Shown: piece after piece, positions 40,271-50,588 of the stretch | Layout: each line of letters starts with the position of its first letter | Numbering within the stretch: the first letter of the stretch is position 1 | IMG/VR virus record: IMGVR_UViG_3300020469_000021 | Coordinates: 1 to 64,000 of that record | Origin: a virus | DNA length: 64,000 nucleotides | Reading direction: 5' to 3' (one strand) | Translations under genes and position numbers: made by a program | Notes under the pieces: generated by a model | Told to the model about the DNA's origin: nothing | Databases searched by the model: none | The model's input: only the letters and a program-made list of their open reading frames with translations

Positions 40271-40541
40271 AAAAAATCAAGGAATGGTAGAAGTTGAAGG
40301 TAAAATAACAGCAGTTTTACCAAGTACCATGTTTCGCGCAGAGCTCGAAAATGGCCACGAAGTTTTAGCTCATATATCTGGAAAACTCAGAAAACATTTT
40401 ATTAAAATTACCGTTGGTGATATTGTCAAAATGGAAATGAGTCCGTTAGATTTAAGCAAGGCCAGAATTACATACAGGCTTAAAAATTCTTCTTCAAATA
40501 AGCAAGCCCCTAAAAGAAGTTTCGGCCCCAAAAAAAGATAA
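40257..40541 (+). CDS. infA: Translation initiation factor IF-1
   Basis: [48 protein letters not shown]. Confidence 0.96.
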   Translation: MNPNKKNQGMVEVEGKITAVLPSTMFRAELENGHEVLAHISGKLRKHFIKITVGDIVKMEMSPLDLSKARITYRLKNSSSNKQAPKRSFGPKKR

Positions 40542-40542
40542 A

Positions 40543-41403
40543 ATGATTCCAAAAATTATTCATCAAAGTCAAAAAAACGAAGACTCGATAACTCAAGAGG
40601 AAAATTGTTATCGCAAACTTTTGCAAGAAAAAAATGCTGGTTTTGAATATAAGTTCTGGTCAGACGAAGATAATTTTAATTTAATTAAAGATCACTACAA
40701 CTGGTTTCTCCCCACATATAATTCTTATAAATGGCCAGTGCAAAAAGCTGATGCTTGTAGATATTTTTACTTACATCGCTATGGAGGAATTTATTTAGAC
40801 TTAGATATGGAGCCAATTCAGCCTATTGCTAAAATGATCAATTTTCTAGACAAAGGAGTCATTCAACCACTCGATAGATCTGGCGCAGGAGCTAAATCAG
40901 TATTTCTTTTTGAAGAATATCCTAATGCTTTTTTTATGCAAAAAACAATTTTTAACGGAGCTATGGTTTCTTCAAAAGGCGATCCATTTTGGCCTTTCGT
41001 TCATTTTTATTTGCAAGCTTACCAATTTTTGCAAGAAAAAAAATTAAACGCAAACTCCCATGTTAACTCAAAGACCCAGAATGTATTAAGAACTACAGGC
41101 CCAAGATTCTTAAGAGAAGCGTATGTAAAATATAAAAACGTGACAGAAGGCTTACCAACTGGCAATGGAGTTAATGTATTCCCTTGGTTTTGCATTAATC
41201 TACCTAGAGTTCCAAGTGTTGATAAAGAAAATCCTTGGGTAGTTTACGATAGTTTTCATCCAAAAAATTTAAGTAAAGTTGATAACGACAATCCAGCTTC
41301 TTCAGTTTGGTCAAGATTTTTACCCTTTACTGCCAAAGCAGAAGATTACCCAAATACTTTTTTTATCCACCAAAGCCTACAGACATGGCATAAAGATTTA
41401 TGA
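40543..41403 (+). CDS. GT32 (DxD) glycosyltransferase
   Basis: IPKIIHQ, ADACRYFYLHRYGGIYLDLD, TTGP. Confidence 0.88.
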   Translation: MIPKIIHQSQKNEDSITQEENCYRKLLQEKNAGFEYKFWSDEDNFNLIKDHYNWFLPTYNSYKWPVQKADACRYFYLHRYGGIYLDLDMEPIQPIAKMINFLDKGVIQPLDRSGAGAKSVFLFEEYPNAFFMQKTIFNGAMVSSKGDPFWPFVHFYLQAYQFLQEKKLNANSHVNSKTQNVLRTTGPRFLREAYVKYKNVTEGLPTGNGVNVFPWFCINLPRVPSVDKENPWVVYDSFHPKNLSKVDNDNPASSVWSRFLPFTAKAEDYPNTFFIHQSLQTWHKDL

Positions 41404-41960
41404 TTGAAATACCATTTAGCCCTACAATGATTGCAGAGGCAAAAAAAAAGGCAGAAGAACTTGGAGAAATAAATAATTCAATAACTAAAGGTGGGGGCAA
41501 TAGAGCTGGCTATTTAGGAGAATTTTCAATTGCAAAACATATTAAGGCAAATAATGTTAGTTGCGAACTTGGTAGATCCAAATATAACAGAGATTTAATA
41601 AAATACAAAGGCTCTACGGAGATTGACCTTGAGGTAAAGACTAAGCGCAGGACTGCCAACCCTAAGTCTTATTACGATGCTTCTATAGCAGACACAAGCA
41701 AGCACCAACAACCTAATTATTACTTATTTTTGAGCATAACTTTTCAACGCTCAACAAAAGAGCATCCTAGACAGTATTACAATCCATTAAGCGTATGGTT
41801 TTGTGGTTTTATGGAAAGAGATGAGTATTTTAAAAAAGCTAAACTATGGAAGAAAGGAGATGTGGATAATAGCAATGACTTTACCACGAAAGTAGACATG
41901 TATAATCTTCCTTATTCTGAATTAATTCATCCAAAAGAATTTTTTAATATATTTAAATAA
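41400..41960 (+). CDS. PD-(D/E)XK-like nuclease
   Basis: GYLGE, YNRD, EVKTK. Confidence 0.55.
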   Translation: MIEIPFSPTMIAEAKKKAEELGEINNSITKGGGNRAGYLGEFSIAKHIKANNVSCELGRSKYNRDLIKYKGSTEIDLEVKTKRRTANPKSYYDASIADTSKHQQPNYYLFLSITFQRSTKEHPRQYYNPLSVWFCGFMERDEYFKKAKLWKKGDVDNSNDFTTKVDMYNLPYSELIHPKEFFNIFK

Positions 41961-41962
41961 AT

Positions 41963-42754
41963 ATGAATCTACCAAGTTATTATCTATCTTTTGCTCAACA
42001 AATGGGTATAGATGTAGCAGATATTGTTAGGCTAGACAAATTTAAGTTCATTAATAAAGATTTTCCATTAGCTTCTATTTTAATATATGAATCACCTTTC
42101 AATAAAATTCGTGTTGGCAGAGATGGAGATGGAGGTTATGTAATTGCAGAGGGTTTGACTTACGATTGCTTAATTAGTGGAGGAGTCAATGACGATGACT
42201 CTTTTGAGCAAGATTTTCTATCTCTCAATGATGTTCCATCTTACGCTTTTGATGGCTCTATAGAGAAGATGCCTACAAAAGATAGAAGAATAAAATTCTA
42301 CAGCAAGAACATCTCAGATAAAAACTCTAAAAAAGAAGATAATTTATCTAACTTGTTGAAAGACTATGATGACATTTTTTTAAAGATTGACATAGAAGGA
42401 GACGAATATATTTGGCTAAATAGCCTTGATGATGACCAGCTATCTAAATTCAAGCAAATCGCCATTGAGTTTCATGAGCCATATGAGCGATACAAATGGA
42501 GGTGCTTAGAAAGATTATCTTCAAGCCATTGGGCAATTCATTTTAATCCCAATAATTGTGGTTCTGTTTGCTATCATGTTAATGATGAAGTTTCCACAAG
42601 AGTTGCCGAGTGTTTTGAAATGACATACATAAGGAAGGCAGACATAAAAGGCGAGCTGAATCTTAATAAATCAACATTTCCAACAAAATTAGATAAACCT
42701 AACGACCCAAATAGGAGAGTCATTAACTATCAGGGGTTTCCCTACTCAATATGA
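41963..42754 (+). CDS. FkbM/Methyltransf_22-like methyltransferase
   Basis: RVGRDGDGGY, SFE, LKIDIEGDE, QIAIEFH. Confidence 0.8.
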   Translation: MNLPSYYLSFAQQMGIDVADIVRLDKFKFINKDFPLASILIYESPFNKIRVGRDGDGGYVIAEGLTYDCLISGGVNDDDSFEQDFLSLNDVPSYAFDGSIEKMPTKDRRIKFYSKNISDKNSKKEDNLSNLLKDYDDIFLKIDIEGDEYIWLNSLDDDQLSKFKQIAIEFHEPYERYKWRCLERLSSSHWAIHFNPNNCGSVCYHVNDEVSTRVAECFEMTYIRKADIKGELNLNKSTFPTKLDKPNDPNRRVINYQGFPYSI

Positions 42755-43422
42755 GCATGCAAAATATCTACATTTCTTTGGGTTATGGATGCCAAATAGC
42801 TGAAAAACTTCGAGATTTAAATTTAAGGAATTTTTCTTTGCCTTTCGACTGGGTAATACCCCACGGAGGAGTTTCAGATATAATTAAAAATAATTTTAAA
42901 AATTTTTTACCTCAAGATAAATTTATAAATTCTAGAGGAGATGAGCATCCAATGAATTTAAACTCTAAATTAATTTTCCCTCATAATGCATTTCCTAGGG
43001 ATGAACAAGCAATGAAAAGAAGAATTCTTCGTTTCATGGAATTGCTTAAACTAAAAGACGATCAATTAATTTTTCTTAAACGAGGTCATTTGGAATCTCA
43101 TCATAATGCAGAATATACGACAAAACATGGTTGGCCTATAAAAAATGATATATATGAATGTGAAGAGCTGAGCGCTTACTTGAAAGAAAAATACCCTAAA
43201 TTACAATTTAAAATTGTACTAATCTTACTATGCTCACTTTGCTTTCAGCATACCGAAACTTCCAATTCAAAAAATATTTTAATATATAATTGCGCTTTCC
43301 CAAATTGCAATCGCCAACAAAAAGACGAAATTGCAGACAAAGCTTTAGTAAATATAATTAAATCATTAAACAAACATGAAAACTATAACAAACAAGATAT
43401 TCAGAAATTGGTTTATTCATAA
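42751..43422 (+). CDS. DUF1796 papain-like protein
   Basis: ISLGYGC, LR..SLPFDW, F.H, RRI.RF. Confidence 0.75.
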   Translation: MSMQNIYISLGYGCQIAEKLRDLNLRNFSLPFDWVIPHGGVSDIIKNNFKNFLPQDKFINSRGDEHPMNLNSKLIFPHNAFPRDEQAMKRRILRFMELLKLKDDQLIFLKRGHLESHHNAEYTTKHGWPIKNDIYECEELSAYLKEKYPKLQFKIVLILLCSLCFQHTETSNSKNILIYNCAFPNCNRQQKDEIADKALVNIIKSLNKHENYNKQDIQKLVYS

Positions 43423-43706
43423 TGTTATCGGGCATCCAATCATACAGATGATGGGAATGCTATTTTGTGGTCATGATTACACTCAGGTTGCTAGCTACGG
43501 CATTGGAGGCATGTGGGAATGTAAAAAGTGCGGCAAAAAAGAGGTTAGAGAACTTGCAGATTTTTATTAACAGACAGCTAAATGTCTCAGAGATGCTTTA
43601 TTGGGTGATTCTTCCATTTGACGCGACAAAAGCTAGTGTAGTCTCAGTTTGGTTTCATGATTCTACTTGCCCAAATAAAAGCCATAAAGACGAGTCGTTT
43701 ACCTAG
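43376..43706 (+). pseudogene. Small phage gene apparently split by a 145-nt insertion carrying a Zn-ribbon mini-ORF
   Basis: HNVIGHP (ends 43438) and SEMLYW..WFHDST.P (from 43587) lie in different frames and rejoin if 145 nt are removed. Confidence 0.55.
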
Positions 43707-43736
43707 AATTTATTTGCCTTAAATATATAATATATT

Positions 43737-44015
43737 GTGAAAAAAGAGAAGCATGAACAACCAAGGCTCTACACCTTCAGGGTTAAATATAACGCGGGTG
43801 CAGGGCATGAAGCGAATGATTCGTTTCATTATTTTAAAGCAATAAGCGCCGATCAAGCTTTAGACTTTCATTTTGCAATGATGGAAAGAAATAATTTCAT
43901 TAGCCAAACTATTAGCGTGGAAAGAAAAGATCCCTATGCGGATAAATGGGTTTTAGAAGAAAGCAAAAAAAATAATAAATGGACAAATATAACGGAAAAT
44001 TGTTTCAAACAATAA
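43737..44015 (+). CDS. Hypothetical protein
   Basis: ORF track. Confidence 0.55.
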   Translation: MKKEKHEQPRLYTFRVKYNAGAGHEANDSFHYFKAISADQALDFHFAMMERNNFISQTISVERKDPYADKWVLEESKKNNKWTNITENCFKQ

Positions 44016-44557
44016 ATGGTGGAGATAAAAAATACTCAAAAGTCCACAGGAGATGTCTCGAACATGATGGGTGTATCGTAGACCTAGGTTGTTTAATGTG
44101 GAATTGGAGCAAATTTTTTATAGGTAAAAAAACCGTAATCGGCGCAGATCCATTTGAAAAACAAATCGAAAAAACTTTATTCTTCGAAGGGCTTGTGTCG
44201 AATTTCGATGGACATATAAACATGAAGAAAAAAGACTTTCTTGCTTCAAGTGATATGTTTGAAGAAGGGGAACACAAAAAAGAAGTTTTATCATGGAAGT
44301 CTTTTTTGAATAAATTTAGTATTAAAGAAATATCTGTATTAAAAATGAATATTGAAGGAGCAGAATACGACCTATTAAGAAGTTTAACTAAAGAGGATTT
44401 TAGCAAAATAGACCAAATAGCAGTAAGCTTTCACGAATGGCTAAACCCGCAATGGACAAAAGATACAGAAGAATGCATATCTATATTAAAAGAAAACAAT
44501 TTTGATATTCTCAACTTAGGTCAGTTTGGGTGGAGATTATGCATAAAAAATGATTAA
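43979..44557 (+). CDS. FkbM-like methyltransferase
   Basis: IVDLGC, GADP, LKMNIEGAEY, QIAVSFH. Confidence 0.78.
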   Translation: MDKYNGKLFQTINGGDKKYSKVHRRCLEHDGCIVDLGCLMWNWSKFFIGKKTVIGADPFEKQIEKTLFFEGLVSNFDGHINMKKKDFLASSDMFEEGEHKKEVLSWKSFLNKFSIKEISVLKMNIEGAEYDLLRSLTKEDFSKIDQIAVSFHEWLNPQWTKDTEECISILKENNFDILNLGQFGWRLCIKND

Positions 44558-44589
44558 ATTAATTATATTTGGCTTTAGATTAATATTTT

Positions 44590-44665
44590 GCCACTTTAGC
44601 TCAGATGGTAGAGCACCTCACTTGTAATGAGGATGTCGTCAGTTCGATCCTGACAAGTGGCTCCA
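44590..44665 (+). tRNA. tRNA-Thr(UGU)
   Basis: GCCACTT/AAGTGGC acceptor stem, anticodon arm CCTCA-CTTGTAA-TGAGG, TTCGATC loop, encoded CCA. Confidence 0.97.
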
Positions 44666-44666
44666 T

Positions 44667-44843
44667 TTAACCGCCATGTTCATTTATTTTTTTTACAATT
44701 TCTTTTTTTTCTTCTTCGGTCAGCTTCTCATATTTTTCTTCAGCAAGCGCCCAAGCAGCTCTAACTCTCACCGCGTAATGGACTTTAAAGCTCTTGTCTG
44801 CCATAATTTCCACAGTCAAATAATCAACTATTCTGTTCCTCAT
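44667..44843 (-). CDS. 58-aa hypothetical protein (not in ORF track)
   Basis: MRNRIVDYLTVEIMADK...; GTGTA 14 nt upstream on the minus strand; stop abuts the tRNA 3' end. Confidence 0.65.
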   Translation of the reverse strand: MRNRIVDYLTVEIMADKSFKVHYAVRVRAAWALAEEKYEKLTEEEKKEIVKKINEHGG

Positions 44844-44954
44844 ATAAAAAAATACACAAAAAGCTTGACTTTGCCTGCCAAATATGCATTATTGTTCTTA
44901 GTTAACGAGATAAAAATCTCAAAACAAAAACAATAAAAATTCAAATATATAAAA

Positions 44955-47156
44955 ATGGATAATACATCGTTTATACAACTCACAGAACTATGGCAAGACG
45001 GCGGCTTTTCTGAAGTCGGAAATATTATTAACGAAGAAAAGTGGAGCGCTTCTAAGGTCGCAGAATTTTGCGCTTATGTTACAAGGTATCTTGGTACTTC
45101 TCAGCTAAATATACTATATAAATTTTTGTAATGGAAACCGAAACCGAAGTGCTTTATTTAAATTCCGCTCATGAAATTATGGAGGCTAGTTTTGTATCTA
45201 GTCCATTTGAAATGAAGTTGGTTGCGGAAGCAATTTCTGAATTTACAAAGAAGCATTATATAAATAATGAATCATTAGATGATTTTCGCTTAAAGCTTCA
45301 ACAGGCATATCAATCCCACCATAATTTACATGAAAATGATTTCGGCTTCATAGAAGAAGATCGACAAGAGGTGTACGGAGCTTTTTAATCGTGAAAAGAA
45401 AGGAGCAAATAGAATTACTATGGATGACCCATGATTTTTTACTAGAAAAAATATATCCTCTTGAAGAAGAAAACGAAATACTTTATGCAAATATAAAAGA
45501 ATTCCAAAAAGAAGTAAACAATCCCCACAAATTACTAACGGCATTTCTGCAAATAAACAAAGATTTAGATTTGTTTTATGGCAAACAATTAATTTGCTTG
45601 GACGATATAATTCCTTTGCATGAAGAGAATATAGACATTCCGCCAGAAAGAGAAATTGACATCGAGACGCTTTATGCTTTGAGATGTGCTACCATTAATT
45701 TATTAGAAAACCACAGGGTCACAGGCGAAGAAATTAAACAATTAATTGACGATTTAAATGAAAGAAATTGAAAACAGGCGCAAAGAAAGGCATATCCTGC
45801 TTAAACTCGCGGAAGAATTGAGTGAGCTATCGGTAGAAGTTTTGCATTGCGTAAATAAACCAAAGAAAGAAAATTTAAATGAAATCTTTTCAGAAATTAA
45901 AGATGTTGAAAAATGGATTTTAAAATTTAAAGAACTTAAAAATTAATTTAAATAAAAATATTATGATGAATGTTATACAAGTAGAAGATGCAAATAATGA
46001 AAAGTATCATATAAACCCGAAGCAGGTTATGTATGTAAAAGAAAAGGTGAGTGGTAGCTCAATTCTTTATAGAATAGCTCTAGCAAATGGAGAGTCTATT
46101 GTTACAAAAAATTCACATGGAATAGAGCAAATTATACGCTCTATGAAAAAATAATTTCAAAAAATGATTGAGCAAATAAGTGAAGAAATAAACTATCAAA
46201 AAGGCTACGACAAAGGTTGGACAGATGCCCAAGAATATCTTGCTAAAAAATTTGAAAAAAGTATGCTAAAAAATAAAACGGAGTCATACGATAAAGGCTA
46301 TCAAGAAGGTGCGAATCAGAAAGATAACCAACCTTGTCTTTGCGGATTTTGGGGTAATAAAAAATGAAAATATCAATTACTAATTACAATAAAACTTATA
46401 GCGTTGAATCTGATGAAGATGTAGATGCAGAAGGCTTGGCAGATATGTTAAAGGGCTTAATGGTAAGCATGGGCTTTCATCCTAAAAATGTAGACGAATT
46501 ATTTAACACAGAATACGAATGGTTCTCCGAAGAAGAAAATGATTAATTGGATTAAAATTGAAGACGAAATACCCGAAGAGGGGAAGAGACTGCTTTACTT
46601 TTTTGAAGGTACAGGTGTTTGGGTAGGTTTTTATTATGGAAGAGATGAAACTTACCCCGACTCAAATAACCATGTGTTCGGTTGCGAGGCAGGATTCTTA
46701 ACAGGAGATGTCACTCATTACTGCTACATTGATTACCCCGAAGGTGGGGAATGGAGAGTCGAAGCAGATAAAGAATTTTCTAAAGAAGCAAAAAAAGAAA
46801 TGCTAGAAATACAAAAAGAGCAGAATGAAATATTCAATAATTTACTTGGTGATTAAAATATGAAAACATTACATAATACTAAAAATTGCAAATACAGAAA
46901 ATACTTGCATAAAAAATTAAAGCACGGCAAAATAAGTGGTAAGTTTTATAAGTTTCTTTGCAGAAGCTTTCCTTATCGACTTACTGCAAGAGAAGTTGAA
47001 ATTTGTGTCACAATGGTTCTTGATGGCAGAATGAGTGAGAACAAAGCTATCACCACTTTGCAAGGAGCAGAAACTGAACTTAAGAGACAAAGAGAGTTGT
47101 ACAAGTCAAATGTAGAGTGCAGAAAAAAAATAGGGTGGAAACAAATAAATAAATGA
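44955..47156 (+). other. Run of small hypothetical genes, including MazG-like (45758-45946) and DUF551-like (46539-46856)
   Basis: KLAEELSEL..EIKDV; WIKIEDEIP..VTHY; TTGACT at 44865. Confidence 0.55.
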
Positions 47157-47578
47157 AAACAGGAATTACATTTTCAACTTTTGACCTTCTCCATGCGGGT
47201 CATATCTTAATGCTAAAAGAAGCAAAATCTGTCTGCGATTATCTTATTTGTGGTCTTCACATTGACCCGCAGATTGAGCGCCCTCAAAAAAATAAACCTA
47301 TTCAAAGTGTGGTCGAGCGCTATATTCAATTATCTTCAGTAGAATATGTTGATGAAATAATTCCTTATAATTTAGAGATGGATTTAGGCGACATTCTTCT
47401 AGGGTATAATATTGATGTTAGAATTATTGGTGCTGACTACAAGGGCGAAAACTTTTCGGGACTAGGCATTTGTCAAACCAAAGGTATTGAAATTTATTAC
47501 AACGAAAGATCACATAGTTTTTCAAGCTCAGAATTAAGGAGAAGAATCGCCAATGCAGAACAAGAGAGGTTGCAATGA
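47153..47578 (+). CDS. Cytidylyltransferase (TagD-like)
   Basis: TFDLLHAGH, KNKP, ER, VDEI, R.HSFSSS. Confidence 0.88.
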   Translation: MKTGITFSTFDLLHAGHILMLKEAKSVCDYLICGLHIDPQIERPQKNKPIQSVVERYIQLSSVEYVDEIIPYNLEMDLGDILLGYNIDVRIIGADYKGENFSGLGICQTKGIEIYYNERSHSFSSSELRRRIANAEQERLQ

Positions 47579-48189
47579 AATTTTTAGAATGGGCATGGGA
47601 TACTATTTGCGTAATTTGCATACTTTGTTATTGCATTTTTGCTAGTTTTAAATTATTATTTACAAATGATGAATAAATTATTATACAATATGTTAAAAAA
47701 CTCCGCACAAGCGGATATAGATAAAGCGAAATTAAGTCTCCATTTACTTGGAGAAAAAGCAGTTGGCATAGGAGATCATTCGACAGAAGATTTCTACAAC
47801 AATGCCAAGGAAGCTCTATGCTTACTCGATGACGCGCAAGGTAGGCTAGAAGTTTTAAAACAATTTGAAAAACATTAATATGTAGAAAAATTAATTTAAA
47901 TAAATTTATTATGTTTGATAGCGGTGTAGATAATCAGTTTGAAGAAGCTCATCAAAAAGGCTTGCACAGAGGCTTTGATCTAGGTTGGTCTTATAAAGGT
48001 AGATACTACCGACAAATAGTTAGAGATATGCTTAATGACAAAGACTATTTAATAAAGTCGGGAGAAGGAACTCTCAAAAGGCTCTTGAAGAAAATGGAAA
48101 GAGATAAAGACAACAGAGAGAACATTACAATAAATAGTTGGTAAATAGTTCTTGACACCTTCGGCTTCTTGTTATATAGTTGAGAAATT

Positions 48190-48708
48190 ATGGCAGAAGT
48201 AACACAAATAGAAGGAAATCTTTTGGACTTCCCAAATGATATTAATAGCATTGCTCATTCCTGCAATACTAGACATATCATGGGTGCAGGTATAGCGAAA
48301 CAAATTAAAGATCGCTACCCCGAAGCGCACGAAGCAGATTGGAAAGCGTTCAATCAAGAGTACGACCACAATGGACAATTTGTTCATTGGCTCGGTAAAT
48401 TCTCAAAAGCCAAAATAAATGGCGACAAATATATATACAATATGTACACTCAAGCGAGCATCGGGACAGGTAGAGAAGTTCATTATGAAAAATTTTGGCA
48501 AGCATTAAAGAGGGTAGAACAAGACCTTTTTGAGATGAATGTAAATAAACATGAATACGATCCAACTCCACCTCCTGTCCTTGGATTGCCTTATGGCATC
48601 TCATGTGGGCTTGCAGGGGGAAATTGGGGAATAATAAAAGCAATGATCGAAGATATTTTTCTTGACTCTCCTATAAAATGCTATATTGTTAAGTTTGATT
48701 TAGCATAA
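48190..48708 (+). CDS. Macrodomain protein
   Basis: GNLL, HSCN..MGAGIAKQI, NMYTQ, ISCGLAGGNW; TTGACA(48152)-17-TATAGT. Confidence 0.88.
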   Translation: MAEVTQIEGNLLDFPNDINSIAHSCNTRHIMGAGIAKQIKDRYPEAHEADWKAFNQEYDHNGQFVHWLGKFSKAKINGDKYIYNMYTQASIGTGREVHYEKFWQALKRVEQDLFEMNVNKHEYDPTPPPVLGLPYGISCGLAGGNWGIIKAMIEDIFLDSPIKCYIVKFDLA

Positions 48709-49091
48709 TGAACATTTTATACATAGTCAGAGGTCTTTCGGGGAGTGGCAAAACCACTCTTGCCCATAATTTATCTCCTGTTGTTTATTCTGCTGATGAT
48801 TGGTTTACAGATCAAGTAGGTAACTACGCTTTTAATCCAAATGAATTAAAAGTAGCGCATGAAAATTGTCAAAGAAATGTCAAATATGCTATGACGCAGA
48901 AAGCCAATGTTATAGCAGTAGCAAACACTTTCTCTCAAGCATGGGAAGCAGAACCTTACTTTGCTTTAGCCAAAGAATTTAATTACTCCCCTTTTGTTAT
49001 TGAGTGTCAAAACTCTTTTCGAAATACACATGGAGTATCACAAGAAACAATTAACTCAATGAAAGATAGATGGGAGTCTAATTTAATATGA
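48708..49091 (+). CDS. P-loop kinase (AAA_33/N4BP2-like)
   Basis: RGLSGSGKTT, SADDWF, AHENC, VANTF, HGV. Confidence 0.85.
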   Translation: MNILYIVRGLSGSGKTTLAHNLSPVVYSADDWFTDQVGNYAFNPNELKVAHENCQRNVKYAMTQKANVIAVANTFSQAWEAEPYFALAKEFNYSPFVIECQNSFRNTHGVSQETINSMKDRWESNLI

Positions 49092-49634
49092 AAGAAAAAG
49101 GATTATATGATAGATTTGATTTAGAAGAAGCAATTCAAAAAATGGGCATGGTAGAAGAGGATATAGAATCAATAATGTATGCTTTTTCTGACGCTCCAAC
49201 GGCTTTTGTTGGGCATCCCTCTGAAGACCAAATATTAAATATGTTGATTGGGGCAAAAGAGTTGCATAAAGTTAGACAAGAAAAACTTTTTCATATTTTT
49301 GAAGATTTAGTTAAAAATAAAATTATAAAATGAATAAAAAAAATGATCCATTCTACGATGAAGATTTTAATATCACTTGCCCCATCACAAATAAAGATGT
49401 TCTTGATGATTGCCATATCGTAATAGAGTTTGGTTATGGTAGTGACAAAGATATGACTACTTATACTTTTTCCGCTGTACATGATGAAGTGGGCAAGAAA
49501 GTTGTAGCTTACATACAATCGCTCATGCCCAAAGGTAACTCCGTAGAAGATTTTAGTACAAATGTCATGGACGAATTGTTTGGGAGCGAAAGTTCTTGAC
49601 AATTATTTTTTTTCCCTCAATATAGGAAGGTATT

Positions 49635-50588
49635 ATGGAATCAGATACAATGTTTAGTGGCTTGGTAGGACAATCAAGCGTCAAAAGAAAGTTAGCTTTT
49701 TATAAATCCGCTTTCAATCAAACTAGCCTATGCCCATTTTTGTTATTCGCAGGTGCTAAAGGCTTGGGCAAGACAGAGTTTGCCAAAGCTTTTGCTAATG
49801 AACTTAACAATCGAAGTGGTAGTAAAAGACCATTGCTAGAATTAAACTGCTCTACATTATCTAATGTTGACACATTTTTTGAACAAGTCTTTCTGCCAAT
49901 TATTAATAATAATGAAGTTTCAATTTTATTTGATGAAGCGCATGAATTACCCAAAGACCTAACCAATGCTTTTTTGACTATTTTTAATACTGAAAGTAGC
50001 CCTAATAAGGAATTCATTTGGCAAGAGTCTGTCTGTCATTTTGATTTTACAAGACAAACCTATATGTTTGCAACGACTGAAACAGATAAGTTGTTTCCAC
50101 CCTTGAAAGACAGGTTGACCCCAATAGACTTTGAGCCGTATTCTTATGACGAGCTTTCAAACATTATGGCTCTAAATATTAGTGATGACATTCATATTGA
50201 TGACGATGCCTTAGAAAGACTTAGTAAGACAACTAGAGGTAACGCGAGAAATGCAGTCAAAAGAGCTAAGGAAGTCCATCTCTATTGCGAGGCTAAAAGA
50301 AAAGATAAGTTTTGCCTTGACGATTTGAGAGATTTAAAAGATACTTTAGATATTCTTCCGTTTGGAATATCAAGAACAGAAAAGGAAATCTTAGAAATAT
50401 TACATAAAGATGGGTGTTGCACATTAACATCTCTATCAGCAAAAACAGGTTTAAGCAAGACTGCGCTAATGCAAGATCATGAAATGTACTTATTGAGAAA
50501 GTCTTTTATTGAGATTGATGGCAAAAGAAAGCTAACTCCAAATGGCAGAAAATTAATAGCAAGAATATTAGAAGGAGAAACAAAATGA
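49635..50588 (+). CDS. ruvB: RuvB-like AAA+ ATPase
   Basis: VGQ, GLGKT, FDEAH, ATT..PLKDR, RGNAR, C-terminal winged helix with E.YL..R.LT. Confidence 0.75.
   Translation: MESDTMFSGLVGQSSVKRKLAFYKSAFNQTSLCPFLLFAGAKGLGKTEFAKAFANELNNRSGSKRPLLELNCSTLSNVDTFFEQVFLPIINNNEVSILFDEAHELPKDLTNAFLTIFNTESSPNKEFIWQESVCHFDFTRQTYMFATTETDKLFPPLKDRLTPIDFEPYSYDELSNIMALNISDDIHIDDDALERLSKTTRGNARNAVKRAKEVHLYCEAKRKDKFCLDDLRDLKDTLDILPFGISRTEKEILEILHKDGCCTLTSLSAKTGLSKTALMQDHEMYLLRKSFIEIDGKRKLTPNGRKLIARILEGETK

Noticed and set aside
43439-43586. Translational bypass or self-splicing intron
   Set aside because: No matched take-off/landing codon with an adjacent stop, and too short with no recognisable group I/II core.
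44676-44936. 86-aa Phe-rich + strand ORF
   Set aside because: Shadow of the minus-strand ORF 44667-44843, which has the GTGTA motif.
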